Program-made: the position numbers and the translations under genes
Source of the DNA: an uncultured Methylococcales bacterium
GTDB lineage: Bacteria > Pseudomonadota > Gammaproteobacteria > Methylococcales > Methylothermaceae
NCBI GenBank assembly: GCA_964546735.1
Contig: CAZJKH010000001.1
Location: 25,473 to 89,472 of the forward strand
DNA: 64,000 nucleotides
Direction of reading: 5' to 3'
The notes under the pieces: model-generated
Databases searched by the model: none
What the model saw: only the letters and a program-made list of their open reading frames with translations
Told to the model about the DNA's origin: nothing
In this document: one piece after another, positions 53,099-61,953 of the stretch
How positions within the stretch are numbered: position 1 is the first letter of the stretch
How the letters are laid out: each line of letters starts with the position of its first letter

Positions 53099-53482
53099 CT
53101 AATAGACTGCTCCCAAGGCCAGCATTGAGGCTGCCAAGGCGGCTAAAGAAGCAGGCGAAGTTTTACCTGGGTCAAGGATAATCAGCTTGCGCGCAATGGC
53201 TAACATGGCAATCAGGATCACGGTCGTGACCCGGATAACGCTTTGTTTACGGCCTGCTACCTCAATGATCGAGTGTTTGAACTCCATCGCGATCAGGACC
53301 GCCATGATCTTGCCAAAGATGCGCGTGAAGGTATCATGATCTAGGAGGCCGCCTAGGATTAGGCTAATTAGGACTTCTTGAATTAGGCTGAAGAGAGCAA
53401 ACACGATTACCACCGAGATGATCATGGTGACGATCACTGCGACCACTGTTCGAAGCGTTGGTAGAAGCTTAAGAGCTTCCAT
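53099..53482 (-). CDS. psiE: PsiE-family (phosphate-starvation-inducible) membrane protein
   Basis: 127 aa with 4 TM helices. The pattern LIAMEFKHSII...IAMLAIARKLIILD resembles E. coli PsiE (FLYFEFIALIV...ITAIVRLIIVD). Confidence 0.55.
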   Translation of the reverse strand: MEALKLLPTLRTVVAVIVTMIISVVIVFALFSLIQEVLISLILGGLLDHDTFTRIFGKIMAVLIAMEFKHSIIEVAGRKQSVIRVTTVILIAMLAIARKLIILDPGKTSPASLAALAASMLALGAVY

Positions 53483-53599
53483 TCTGCTTGCTTAGTCTCG
53501 AAGAAAAAGTCAGTCAGGCTGCGTTTGTTGCTTGGTTCATTCGTGTTCATATAAATCGAAGGTGGTTGCAGGCTATATTAAGTTTAAAGTAGGTTTAAG

Positions 53600-54643
53600 A
53601 TGTTTGTGACCAGGCGGTTGATTTTTCTTCTGATAGTGCCTTGGCTGTTTTTTGCTACCTCCGGGGTAGCGCAGATCGTCGGTAGCCGGTTCGATTATAC
53701 CGTCAAACGTGGAGATACGTTGCTTGGTATTGGAGCGCGTTTTGGCGTTGATGCAAGACTCTTGGCGCGGGAAAACGGGATCGATTTCAATGCCCGTTTA
53801 GCCATCGGCCAGATTCTGAAGGTGGACAACCGTCACCTGGTCCCGCAGAGACGTCAGGACGGTATCCTGATCAACATTCCTCAGCGCATGCTCTATCTGT
53901 TTCGGGAAGGGCAGTTGGTCGCCTACTACCCGGTAGGGCTAGGCCGACCCTCTTGGCCGACACCCATTGGGCATTTCACTATTAGGAGCAAGGAGATCAA
54001 CAAGGAGTGGGTGGTCCCGAAGTCGATCCAAGAGGAGATGCGCCGAGAGGGTCAGGTAGTTCGAACTAGGGTTCCACCTGGCCCGGACAATCCCTTAGGG
54101 AAGTACTGGATGGGGTTGACTGCGCCTGGTTACGGCATTCACAGTACGCTTAACCCGCTGAGCATCTATCGGTTTAGCAGCCACGGTTGTATTCGCCTGC
54201 ACCCGGACGATGCCGAGGACCTCTTTTTTCGGGTGAGAGTAAGCGACCGTGTCGAAATCATCTATCAGCCGGTCATCGTGGATCGCGATGCCGAGGGAAA
54301 GGTCTTTCTGGAAGCCCACCGGGATGTTTATCATCGCGGCGTCGATGGGTGGCAAGAGTTTCTCCAGGCTGCCTATCGGCTAGAGCCGCTTCCCAAGCTC
54401 GATTGGGTACGGGCTACCTTAAGCTTGAAGCATACGGAAGGGATTGCCAGACGCATCGATCGGATAGAACTTGAACATCAATCGGAGGAGGAACATGATC
54501 AATCGGCGTCGGTTTCTCAAGTTTGGTCTAGGGGCAGGGACCGCTCTGGCCGCTGCCCCCGCCTGGGCATTTGCGCCCACGCGCAGCCTCAATCTGCTCA
54601 ACCTGCACACGGGGGAGTCCCTACGCATCGTATACTGGTTTAA
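53600..54643 (+). CDS. L,D-transpeptidase with an N-terminal LysM domain (YkuD family)
   Basis: Signal peptide, a LysM domain (YTVKRGDTLLGIGARFGV), and a YkuD catalytic motif (HSTL...SHGCIRL). The last ~50 codons overlap the next gene and look non-native. Confidence 0.8.
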   Translation: MFVTRRLIFLLIVPWLFFATSGVAQIVGSRFDYTVKRGDTLLGIGARFGVDARLLARENGIDFNARLAIGQILKVDNRHLVPQRRQDGILINIPQRMLYLFREGQLVAYYPVGLGRPSWPTPIGHFTIRSKEINKEWVVPKSIQEEMRREGQVVRTRVPPGPDNPLGKYWMGLTAPGYGIHSTLNPLSIYRFSSHGCIRLHPDDAEDLFFRVRVSDRVEIIYQPVIVDRDAEGKVFLEAHRDVYHRGVDGWQEFLQAAYRLEPLPKLDWVRATLSLKHTEGIARRIDRIELEHQSEEEHDQSASVSQVWSRGRDRSGRCPRLGICAHAQPQSAQPAHGGVPTHRILV

Positions 54644-55028
54644 CGGGCGATACCTCTCGGATGCCCTGGCGAAAATCAATTATCTGTTACGCGATCATCG
54701 AAGCGGCGAGACATTCCCGATGCATGCACGCTTGTTCGACTTACTGTATGTCCTGACGAGAAAGCTAGAGACGACCAAGCCTATTGAAGTGGTTTCCGGC
54801 TATCGTTCTCAAGCGACTAATGCTTGGTTAGCTGCGCATTCTGATCAAGTGGTTCAAAACAGCCTGCACACTGTCGGGATGGCGGTGGATTTTCGCCTGC
54901 CGGGGCGAAATTTAGCGGATCTCTACCGAGCAGCGTTGAACCTTAGAGCTGGAGGTGTTGGGTATTATCCGGTCTCCAACTTTGTGCATGTGGACGTCGG
55001 GCGGGTTAGAACTTGGTTTGGAAGCTAG
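54495..55028 (+). CDS. Tat-exported DUF882 / peptidase M15A protein (MepK/YcbK-like murein endopeptidase)
   Basis: Twin-arginine signal (MINRRRFLKFGLGAGTALAAAPAWA) and metal-binding motifs (SGYRS, HTVGMAVD, FVHVD). The ATG at 54495 is preceded by a GGAGGAGG Shine-Dalgarno. Confidence 0.8.
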   Translation: MINRRRFLKFGLGAGTALAAAPAWAFAPTRSLNLLNLHTGESLRIVYWFNGRYLSDALAKINYLLRDHRSGETFPMHARLFDLLYVLTRKLETTKPIEVVSGYRSQATNAWLAAHSDQVVQNSLHTVGMAVDFRLPGRNLADLYRAALNLRAGGVGYYPVSNFVHVDVGRVRTWFGS

Positions 55029-55041
55029 TTTGCGCAAAAAA

Positions 55042-55070
55042 TTGACTTCGGTGTTGAACTTTTCTGATAA
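55042..55070 (+). promoter_or_regulatory. Candidate sigma-70 promoter of ssrA
   Basis: TTGACT (55042-55047), a 17-nt spacer, then TGATAA (55065-55070), about 27 nt upstream of the mature tmRNA 5' end. Confidence 0.3.
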
Positions 55071-55096
55071 ACTTTAGGTCTATTGGGTGGCCGATA

Positions 55097-55461
55097 GGGG
55101 GCGATCTGGATTCGACGCGGATCGCAAAACCTAAGGTGCATGTCGAGGTGCAGGAACCCTCGTAAAACCTCTGCAATCGCAATAGTTGCCAACGACGACA
55201 ACTACTACGCACTCGCTGCCTAAAACCCAGTCGGGTGCCATCTGACCGGAGCCGTGCTTGTGCGTCCGGGTTTCAGGTGTCATCGCTCACAAGCTCGCGG
55301 GAAGGCGAGTCCGGCGCTGACCCGCTAAAACTTATCCGGAATCGCCGGTTGTATTCCCTGCCGTTTGGGCGGCAACCGGTTAAATCAATAGAACGGCTAA
55401 GCATGTAGAGCCAAGGGCGGAGGATTCGCGGACGGGGGTTCGATTCCCCCCGCCTCCACCA
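55097..55461 (+). ncRNA. ssrA: Transfer-messenger RNA (tmRNA)
   Basis: The 5' GGGGGCG pairs with the 3' CGCCTCC-ACCA, including the G3:U alanine identity pair. It has a T-arm (GGGGGTTCGATTCCCCC) and is colinear with E. coli ssrA through GGATTCGACG...AAGGTGCATG...CTCGTAAAA. Confidence 0.9.
55188..55223 (+). other. tmRNA tag reading frame encoding ANDDNYYALAA followed by a stop
   Basis: GCC AAC GAC GAC AAC TAC TAC GCA CTC GCT GCC TAA follows the AATAGTT resume context. The C-terminal YALAA is the canonical ClpXP/SspB degron. Confidence 0.8.
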
Positions 55462-55486
55462 ATTTCAATTGATATCCGATATCTGA

Positions 55487-56017
55487 TCACTTGATGTCTC
55501 CCAGCCAGCTACGTAGTCTCTCCGCGGCGATTGCCACTACCTTGGCATAGGTTGCCAAAGCTCCCTGTACGGAAGCTGAGGGGGTAACCTGATCGAAACT
55601 GAACAGGCGCGCTGCGACTAAGTCGCCTTGAGTTGCTTCAGCCCAAAAACGCAGCACGATCCGACTGCAGCTGGGAGTATCGAATACCTGCTCGAAGTCG
55701 AGCAGGTAAACGCGCAGGCGGTAAAAAGGGGAGGAAGGCGTTGCAAAACTATGCGCCAGGAGCAGAGGGGGCGGAGCGATCCAGCGATGATGGGCATAAA
55801 AGCGGACGCGGGTGGGGTCTTGGTATAGCAGCCGGTAGCGCAGGCGGACGTCTTGTAACCACGGCGGCGCTGTCACGGTTACGTGGATTCCTCCGATCGA
55901 TGCTGCGGAGGGTGGACCAAAATCATGTAGTGCCGGTGGCTGGCGCGGTGTGAGGCTGCACGCCGACAAGGCGAGGACTAAGCAGAGCGCAGGTGACGGG
56001 GTAGGGGGCTTTTTCAT
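55487..56017 (-). CDS. ABC-type transport auxiliary lipoprotein (DUF330/PqiC-like)
   Basis: Lipobox LALSAC, 176 aa, and last gene of an MlaFED-like operon, overlapping the MCE gene by 4 nt. Confidence 0.6.
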   Translation of the reverse strand: MKKPPTPSPALCLVLALSACSLTPRQPPALHDFGPPSAASIGGIHVTVTAPPWLQDVRLRYRLLYQDPTRVRFYAHHRWIAPPPLLLAHSFATPSSPFYRLRVYLLDFEQVFDTPSCSRIVLRFWAEATQGDLVAARLFSFDQVTPSASVQGALATYAKVVAIAAERLRSWLGDIK

Positions 56018-56901
56018 CGCCTGCGTTCTCGATAGCCGGGTTCCCCCGGACCAGGTTCGGGCAGGGGTGGCCCAAGCAGAATCGTCCGCGGATCCTGTTC
56101 GAGGCGTTCGCTTAAGTGTTTCATGCTCAGAGAGACTGCCTGCATATCCTCAAGCAACGCGTGGAGGCGCGGTAAAGTGTGGCGATCGAGGGTCGCGCCG
56201 AGATGTGTGCCGGTGGCCAACAGATTCTCTGTTTCTTTGAGGATGGGACTGACTTGCTGGTTCAAATCGGCCAAAGCCCTTTGGGCGGAGGCCGAGACCT
56301 TCGGCACTTCGGATAGGGCGCGCGCCATCTCTCTTTCCAGCTGGACTAAGCCGGCGCTGGCAGCTTCTAGGTCTTTAAGGATGCGGTTTAAGTGTCTGCG
56401 ATTGTCGTCGCCGAACACTTCGTTGAGGCGCATGGTCAAGCGCTGCAACTCTCCCATCAAGTCCTGACCGGTACCGGCTAGCTGTTCGAACAAGGAAGGG
56501 TGCATGGGAATGACAGCTGGCGCCTCAGGACGGGTGGAAAGACGTTTGGCACTGCCTGGAGTGTTGTCCAGTTCGATTTGCGCCAGCCCGGTGAGCGGCT
56601 GGACCCGCAGCCTGGCGTAGGTGTGATCGGTTACCGGAAAACCGCGGTTGATCTGGATGGATACGCGGATGGTTTCGATATCTTCAGGGGCGACCTCGAT
56701 GCGAGTCACTTTACCGATCTCCACGCCGCGATAAAAGACTGTCGATTCCGGCCGCAAGCCGGAAACCGGGTAGCGGCTGACGACCACATAGGAATCGTAT
56801 TCGGCGCCGACGTTTCCCAGCCAGAGGCCGATCGCTACGGCGGCAAGCGAAAGCCCCACCACGAATAGACCGGCTAGCATGGCATGGGCCTCCCTACCCA
56901 T
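56014..56901 (-). CDS. MlaD/MCE-family substrate-binding protein
   Basis: N-terminal TM anchor, an MCE domain (V.GL...S.V.YRGV.IGKV..I) and a C-terminal helical region. Confidence 0.8.
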   Translation of the reverse strand: MGREAHAMLAGLFVVGLSLAAVAIGLWLGNVGAEYDSYVVVSRYPVSGLRPESTVFYRGVEIGKVTRIEVAPEDIETIRVSIQINRGFPVTDHTYARLRVQPLTGLAQIELDNTPGSAKRLSTRPEAPAVIPMHPSLFEQLAGTGQDLMGELQRLTMRLNEVFGDDNRRHLNRILKDLEAASAGLVQLEREMARALSEVPKVSASAQRALADLNQQVSPILKETENLLATGTHLGATLDRHTLPRLHALLEDMQAVSLSMKHLSERLEQDPRTILLGPPLPEPGPGEPGYRERRR

Positions 56902-57664
56902 GGGCCGGCTCCCCTAGAATACGCTGGGCGCGCTTACCGTGCAGGAAGCGGCGGGCAAAGGGATGCTCGCAGGCCATGACGGTGGCCAGGTCACCATAGG
57001 CGATGAGGCGATGGTCGGCGAGCAGGGCGATCTTGGTGCAGATGTCTTTCAATACGTGCAGGTCATGGGTGATCATGACGACGGTAAAGGAGAGCTTGCG
57101 GTGGAGTTCGCTCAGGAGGTTGACGAATTCCTCACTCAGCACCGGATCAAGCCCGGAAGTCGGTTCATCCAAGAACAGCAGCTCCGGTTCTAACACCAGG
57201 GCGCGTGCCAGAGCGGCACGGCGGACCATACCGCCGGATAGCTCAGCCGGGCGAAGCCGTGCGTGTTCAGCGGTAAGCCCAACCATAGCCAGTTTCTGCC
57301 CTACCAGTTGCTGGATCAACTCCTCGTCCAGGCAACGCAGCTCCCGTAAAGGAAAGGCGATGTTGTCGTAAACGCTTAGAGCGCTGAACAAGGCGCCGTT
57401 TTGAAACAGCACACCGCAGCGGTTGCGCAGCTCCTGGCGACGCGCCTCGGGCAGTTCCAGCAAAGGTTCGCCAAATAAGTAGACCTTTCCTTGGGTGGGG
57501 ATCCTAAGCGCGATCATCTCCTGCATGAGCACGGTTTTGCCGCTGCCAGAGGCACCTACCAATCCGAGGATTTTGCCATGTCGGAGAGTCAGGCTGATAT
57601 CTTCGTGGACGATCAGGTCGCCGAAGCGGGTAGAGACGTGTTCCAGCCGGATGACCTCGGTCAT
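56894..57664 (-). CDS. ABC transporter ATP-binding protein (MlaF-like)
   Basis: Walker A GASGSGKT, signature LSGGM, Walker B LLFLDEPTSGLD. Confidence 0.9.
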   Translation of the reverse strand: MTEVIRLEHVSTRFGDLIVHEDISLTLRHGKILGLVGASGSGKTVLMQEMIALRIPTQGKVYLFGEPLLELPEARRQELRNRCGVLFQNGALFSALSVYDNIAFPLRELRCLDEELIQQLVGQKLAMVGLTAEHARLRPAELSGGMVRRAALARALVLEPELLFLDEPTSGLDPVLSEEFVNLLSELHRKLSFTVVMITHDLHVLKDICTKIALLADHRLIAYGDLATVMACEHPFARRFLHGKRAQRILGEPAHG

Positions 57665-58809
57665 GGCATTCCCACGCCGCGGAACAGGACGGCAAAAACG
57701 GCGTCTGTCAGGATCACTAAGGTGATCGAGGCGACCACTGAATTGGTCGTCTCGTGACCTAAGCTTTCAGTGTCCGGTTTGATGCGTAAGCCAAAGTGGC
57801 AGGCGACTAGGGCGATGAGCAGACCGAACACGGCTGCTTTGCCGACCCCGATCAGATAATTGACCACCGGCACAGCGCTGGGCAGTTTATGGACGAACTG
57901 GAGCAGGCCGATGTCCAGCTCCAGGCGTGCCGCCAGCGCTCCACCTAGCAATGCAACAGCGTCGGTCCATACCACCAGCAGGGGTAAGCCTAGTACCAGA
58001 GCGACTACTTTAGGCTGGACGAGGCGCAGGGAACGGGAGATTCCCATCGCTTCCAGCGCATCTAGCTCTTGGGTCAGGCGCATCACGCCCAAGCGTGCAG
58101 TCATCGCTGACCCAGAGCGTCCTGCTACCAGGATCGCTGCCAGTAGGGGGCCAAGTTCGCGGATAATGCTCATCCCTAAGATGTCGACGATATAGATCTG
58201 TGCTCCCAGCGCTTGAAGCTGCAAAGACGAAAGGTAGCTGACGACGATACCGATGAGAAATCCTACCAATGCGGTGATGGCCAGCGCCCTTCCCCCTGTT
58301 TCGTGAATGTGGGCGGAAATCTCGCGCCAGGGAATCTGCGCAGGGTGAATCAGGACATAAAGAAAATCGAGGACAATCTGTCCCAACAGGGCGGTAGCAC
58401 CTTTTAGGTGCGCGTATAGGGAGTGGATCCCCCGGCTGGCGAGTAGGCTCAAAGAAGACTTAGGAGGCGGTGGAGGTAGGGGAATGGTGGCCTGTTGCCA
58501 ATACTCGATGGCTCGCAGCTGTAGCGGGGTTGCCTTAAGCTTTTCCGGTAGACGGCCGCCAAAGGTCCGCCACAGCAAATAAGCACCGGCACTGTCTAAG
58601 GCAGTAACTGGGCGAAGATCCCATGCCCAATTGCCGGCGGCGGTCATCCGGCGCAAGCGCCGTAGTAGATTTGGCGCTAAGGTCAAACCCCTTAGGTTCC
58701 AGCAGCCTTCGAGCACTATTGTCTTAACCCCTGGCTCGTCTGTGATAGTCAGGCGCGGGACTTTATCTGGAGACCAGGTCGGCACGTTATGGTCTTGATT
58801 TAAGGTCAT
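57661..58809 (-). CDS. MlaE-family ABC permease with an N-terminal STAS-like domain
   Basis: 382 aa. The ~110-aa N-terminal soluble domain (LEGCWNLRGL...ALDSAGAYLL) is followed by an MlaE permease core (EL.ALE.MGI, VL.D..F). Confidence 0.85.
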   Translation of the reverse strand: MTLNQDHNVPTWSPDKVPRLTITDEPGVKTIVLEGCWNLRGLTLAPNLLRRLRRMTAAGNWAWDLRPVTALDSAGAYLLWRTFGGRLPEKLKATPLQLRAIEYWQQATIPLPPPPPKSSLSLLASRGIHSLYAHLKGATALLGQIVLDFLYVLIHPAQIPWREISAHIHETGGRALAITALVGFLIGIVVSYLSSLQLQALGAQIYIVDILGMSIIRELGPLLAAILVAGRSGSAMTARLGVMRLTQELDALEAMGISRSLRLVQPKVVALVLGLPLLVVWTDAVALLGGALAARLELDIGLLQFVHKLPSAVPVVNYLIGVGKAAVFGLLIALVACHFGLRIKPDTESLGHETTNSVVASITLVILTDAVFAVLFRGVGMP

Positions 58810-58862
58810 TATATCTCTGTCGCCGCAACCGCTAGCTTGCCGTAGAAAGCGCGCAGGCAGTT

Positions 58863-59873
58863 GTGTTAGGCTTAAAAATTATACGTGACTTAAGTGGCAT
58901 GTTAGTACCTGGCAGAGATACCTCTAACGTAAACCGAGTCAGAGTCCGGGCGCCGGCGCGGCTGCATCTTGGGTTTCTGGATTTAGGCGGTCATTTAGGT
59001 CGACGCTACGGCAGCATTGGGGTTACGTTGGAGGCGATTGCCACTGAGATCGAGGTGAGGTCAGCTAAGTCCTTGGTGATCACTGGGCAAAGTACCGAAC
59101 GCGCGGTGAGAACTATCCAAGACTTGCTTAGACGGCTGCAATTGCCTGAACAGGTGCATATTCATATCGCTACCCAGATTCCGCCGCATTGTGGCCTAGG
59201 TTCCGGGACGCAGCTGGCGTTAGGGGTGGGGACTGCGTTGGCGCGTTTTTGGGAGTACGCGCTGGATGTGCGCCGAATTGCTCAGCTGAGCGGGCGAGGA
59301 AAACGTTCTGGGATCGGCATTGCTGCCTTTGAAGGAGGGGGGTTCATCGTAGATGGAGGGCGCGCTGAGGCAACTTCAACGCCTCCGGTGATCGCGCGTC
59401 TGCCGGTACCGGAAGGGTGGCGGTGGCTATTGATTTTTGATCGGCGTTTTCAAGGGCTATCTGGGCAACGGGAAATGCAGGCCTTTCAGCAGTTACCTCA
59501 GTTTCCTCGCGCAACTGCAGCAGAGCTGTGTTATCAGCTTGTGATTCGGGGACTGCCGGCGCTGGCTGAAGCTCGGTTTGAGGATTTCTGTGCTTACTTG
59601 GCCGAAATCCAGCGGGCGAATGGGGAATATTTCATCCCTGCTCAGGGGGGGCGGTATGCCAGCCGGGAAGTCGCGAGCGTGCTCAGCTGGCTCGAAAGTC
59701 AAGGCTGGATCGGGTTGGGCCAGAGCTCCTGGGGTCCGACCGGATTCTGCTTGCTGCCTGATCCTGAGACTGCCGAGCAAGTGGAGAGAATGCTTAAGGC
59801 CAGGTTCGCAGAGCGCTCTGGGTTGCACTTTAAAGTGGTACGGTCTCGCAATCAGGGCGCTGAGATCCTTTAG
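58863..59873 (+). CDS. mptG: Beta-ribofuranosylaminobenzene 5'-phosphate synthase (H4MPT biosynthesis)
   Basis: GHMP-kinase-like fold with the RVRAPARLHLGFLDLGG and GLGSGTQLAL motifs typical of MptG. The start is a GTG at 58863 or an ATG at 58899. Confidence 0.75.
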   Translation: MLGLKIIRDLSGMLVPGRDTSNVNRVRVRAPARLHLGFLDLGGHLGRRYGSIGVTLEAIATEIEVRSAKSLVITGQSTERAVRTIQDLLRRLQLPEQVHIHIATQIPPHCGLGSGTQLALGVGTALARFWEYALDVRRIAQLSGRGKRSGIGIAAFEGGGFIVDGGRAEATSTPPVIARLPVPEGWRWLLIFDRRFQGLSGQREMQAFQQLPQFPRATAAELCYQLVIRGLPALAEARFEDFCAYLAEIQRANGEYFIPAQGGRYASREVASVLSWLESQGWIGLGQSSWGPTGFCLLPDPETAEQVERMLKARFAERSGLHFKVVRSRNQGAEIL

Positions 59874-59876
59874 AGG

Positions 59877-61052
59877 ATGAGTGCTCCTTTCCTGATCATC
59901 GCTAACTCAGCGCGGATGCTGGTGCAGTCAGCTAAGCGCGGAGGATTTAAGCCAGTCGCTTTAGATTTATTCGGCGATTTGGATACTTGCTCGGCCTGCT
60001 TGGCCTGGTATCAGGTGCCGAGCCGGGACGGCCGCTTGGATCCAGAGGCGCTTTGGGAGAGGATTCAAACCGTTTTAGCCCAGCACCGACTGCAGTGTTG
60101 GCTGTATGGAAGTGGCTTGGATGCTTTTCCGGATCTGATCGAGCAGCTTGCTCGCCGTTGCCCTCTGGTTGGCAATTGGGCACAGGCTGTACGAATCTGC
60201 ATCGATCCTAGGAAATTTTTCCCCTTACTCGACTCCTTGGAAATTCCATACCCGGAGATTTCCTGGGTTGCGCCTGCTGAGATTGGATCCGGCTGGCTGA
60301 TTAAGCGGGGTGGGGAAGGAGGGCGCGGGGTCAGCATCTATCAGGGGGAACGTAGCAGCGGGTATTATCAGCGCCGCCTGCCTGGAAAAGTATATACGCT
60401 GGCCTTTCTCGCCGCGCGAGGAAAAGTGTGGTGGTATGGATTTAACACTCTCTATCAGACCGATTATAATGCGCGCTGTCCGTTTTTGTTTGCCGGGGCA
60501 ATCAATCGCGCGCGCTTGCCTGCTTGGGTGGCAAAAGCGGTTATCGACTATGCTCGCCGCTTAAGCCGAGCGCTCGACTTGCGCGGGATGAACGGGTTGG
60601 ATTTTATGCTCGACGGTGCTATCCCTAAGGTACTAGAACTTAATCCTCGCCCTGGCGCAGCGCTTGGACTTTGGGATGCCGCCTGGCCGCTTGGGCTTTT
60701 GGCAGCGCAGGTGCGGCTCTGTCGCGGCGAGCACGTGGCAGGGTTTGTGCCGGTGCCGGTAACAGGCTTTAGGATCGTGTTTGCGCGGCGTACGTTGATG
60801 ATCCCACTGGATTGGCGATGGCCTACCTGGTGTGCCGATTTGACCCCGCCTGGGGCAGTGGTTGCTGCAGGAGCACCGGTGTGTAGCGTGACTACCTGTG
60901 GCCGTTCGATCGCGAAGGTAGAGGCCTTGCTTGAAGCGCGGGCGCTTTGGATCAGCAAGCATTTAAATCAGCTGGGTGGAGAAAATGACACAAGCAAGAT
61001 CGATTCATCGGATGACTCTTCCGTTGGTAGAGGCGCTAGTGGAAGATGCTGA
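59877..61052 (+). CDS. ATP-grasp protein of the H4MPT-linked C1 gene cluster (exact reaction unknown)
   Basis: 391 aa with ATP-grasp-like segments ([22 protein letters not shown]...VLELNPRPG) between mptG and mch. Its 3' tail overlaps mch. Confidence 0.6.
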   Translation: MSAPFLIIANSARMLVQSAKRGGFKPVALDLFGDLDTCSACLAWYQVPSRDGRLDPEALWERIQTVLAQHRLQCWLYGSGLDAFPDLIEQLARRCPLVGNWAQAVRICIDPRKFFPLLDSLEIPYPEISWVAPAEIGSGWLIKRGGEGGRGVSIYQGERSSGYYQRRLPGKVYTLAFLAARGKVWWYGFNTLYQTDYNARCPFLFAGAINRARLPAWVAKAVIDYARRLSRALDLRGMNGLDFMLDGAIPKVLELNPRPGAALGLWDAAWPLGLLAAQVRLCRGEHVAGFVPVPVTGFRIVFARRTLMIPLDWRWPTWCADLTPPGAVVAAGAPVCSVTTCGRSIAKVEALLEARALWISKHLNQLGGENDTSKIDSSDDSSVGRGASGRC

Positions 61053-61953
61053 CAGGCTGCGGTTAAAAGTGGTGCGGCTAGCCAATGGTGTAAGGTTAGT
61101 AGATGCCGGCATCGAAGCAGTAGGAGGATTGGAAGCAGGGCGTCGAATTGCCGAGATTTGCATGGGTGGGATGGGAACGGTCACCCTGACCCACAGCGCG
61201 ATTACCCCAGACTGGCCGCTTAGGGTCAACGTCTATACCCAAGATCCAGTGCTTTCCTGTTTAGGCAGTCAGTATGCTGGCTTAAGCCTCTCTCACGGCA
61301 CAGGCAAGGGGGCATCCCATGCCTTGGGCTCGGGGCCAGCGCGGGCTTTGTGCGCTAAAGAGGCCTTGTTTAAGGAGCTTAATTACCAGGACCAGGCGGA
61401 TGCAACCGTGCTGGTCATGGAAGTAGATAAGCAGCCGCCGCTTGAGTTGCTCGAACGGATCGCTTCCGACTGCAAGATCAAACCCAGCGCTTTGACCGTT
61501 ATCCTAACGCCTACCCAAAGTTTGGCGGGCAGCTTACAGGTGGTGGCGCGGGTGTTGGAGGTGGCGATGCACAAGGCTCATGCACTTGGTTTTCCGCTGG
61601 AACATATTCTCGATGGGTTTGGCAGCGCTCCAGTCCCGCCGCCGTCACCGGATTTTGTCACCGCGATGGGGCGCACTAACGATGCGATTCTGTTTGCTGG
61701 CCAGGTGCACCTGTTCGTCAAAGGTTCTAACGAACAGGCTGAGCAATTGGCACGGAAGCTACCCAGTTCTACTTCACGCGATTACGGCAAGCCATTCGCT
61801 CAAGTCTTTAAAGATTACGGCTACGATTTCTTCAAGATCGACCCGATGTTGTTTAGTCCTGCCAGCGTGATCGTCACCGCACTGGATTCTGGTTTAAGCT
61901 TTCGCGCAGGTTGCCTAGACGAGGCGCTTTTAGCTCGTTCGTTCGAAGCATGA
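60985..61953 (+). CDS. mch: Methenyltetrahydromethanopterin cyclohydrolase
   Basis: [29 protein letters not shown] closely resembles bacterial and archaeal Mch. The ATG at 60985 follows a GGTGGAG Shine-Dalgarno; a GTG at 60976 is also possible. Confidence 0.85.
   Translation: MTQARSIHRMTLPLVEALVEDADRLRLKVVRLANGVRLVDAGIEAVGGLEAGRRIAEICMGGMGTVTLTHSAITPDWPLRVNVYTQDPVLSCLGSQYAGLSLSHGTGKGASHALGSGPARALCAKEALFKELNYQDQADATVLVMEVDKQPPLELLERIASDCKIKPSALTVILTPTQSLAGSLQVVARVLEVAMHKAHALGFPLEHILDGFGSAPVPPPSPDFVTAMGRTNDAILFAGQVHLFVKGSNEQAEQLARKLPSSTSRDYGKPFAQVFKDYGYDFFKIDPMLFSPASVIVTALDSGLSFRAGCLDEALLARSFEA

Noticed and set aside
55006-55212. 68-aa minus-strand ORF
   Set aside because: It lies antisense across the ssrA promoter and the 5' third of the tmRNA. 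The RNA gene explains the sequence.
55462-58809. Possible genomic island integrated at the tmRNA 3' end
   Set aside because: There is no integrase, no direct repeat of the ssrA 3' end, and no compositional break visible. The adjacent genes form an ordinary Mla-like operon.
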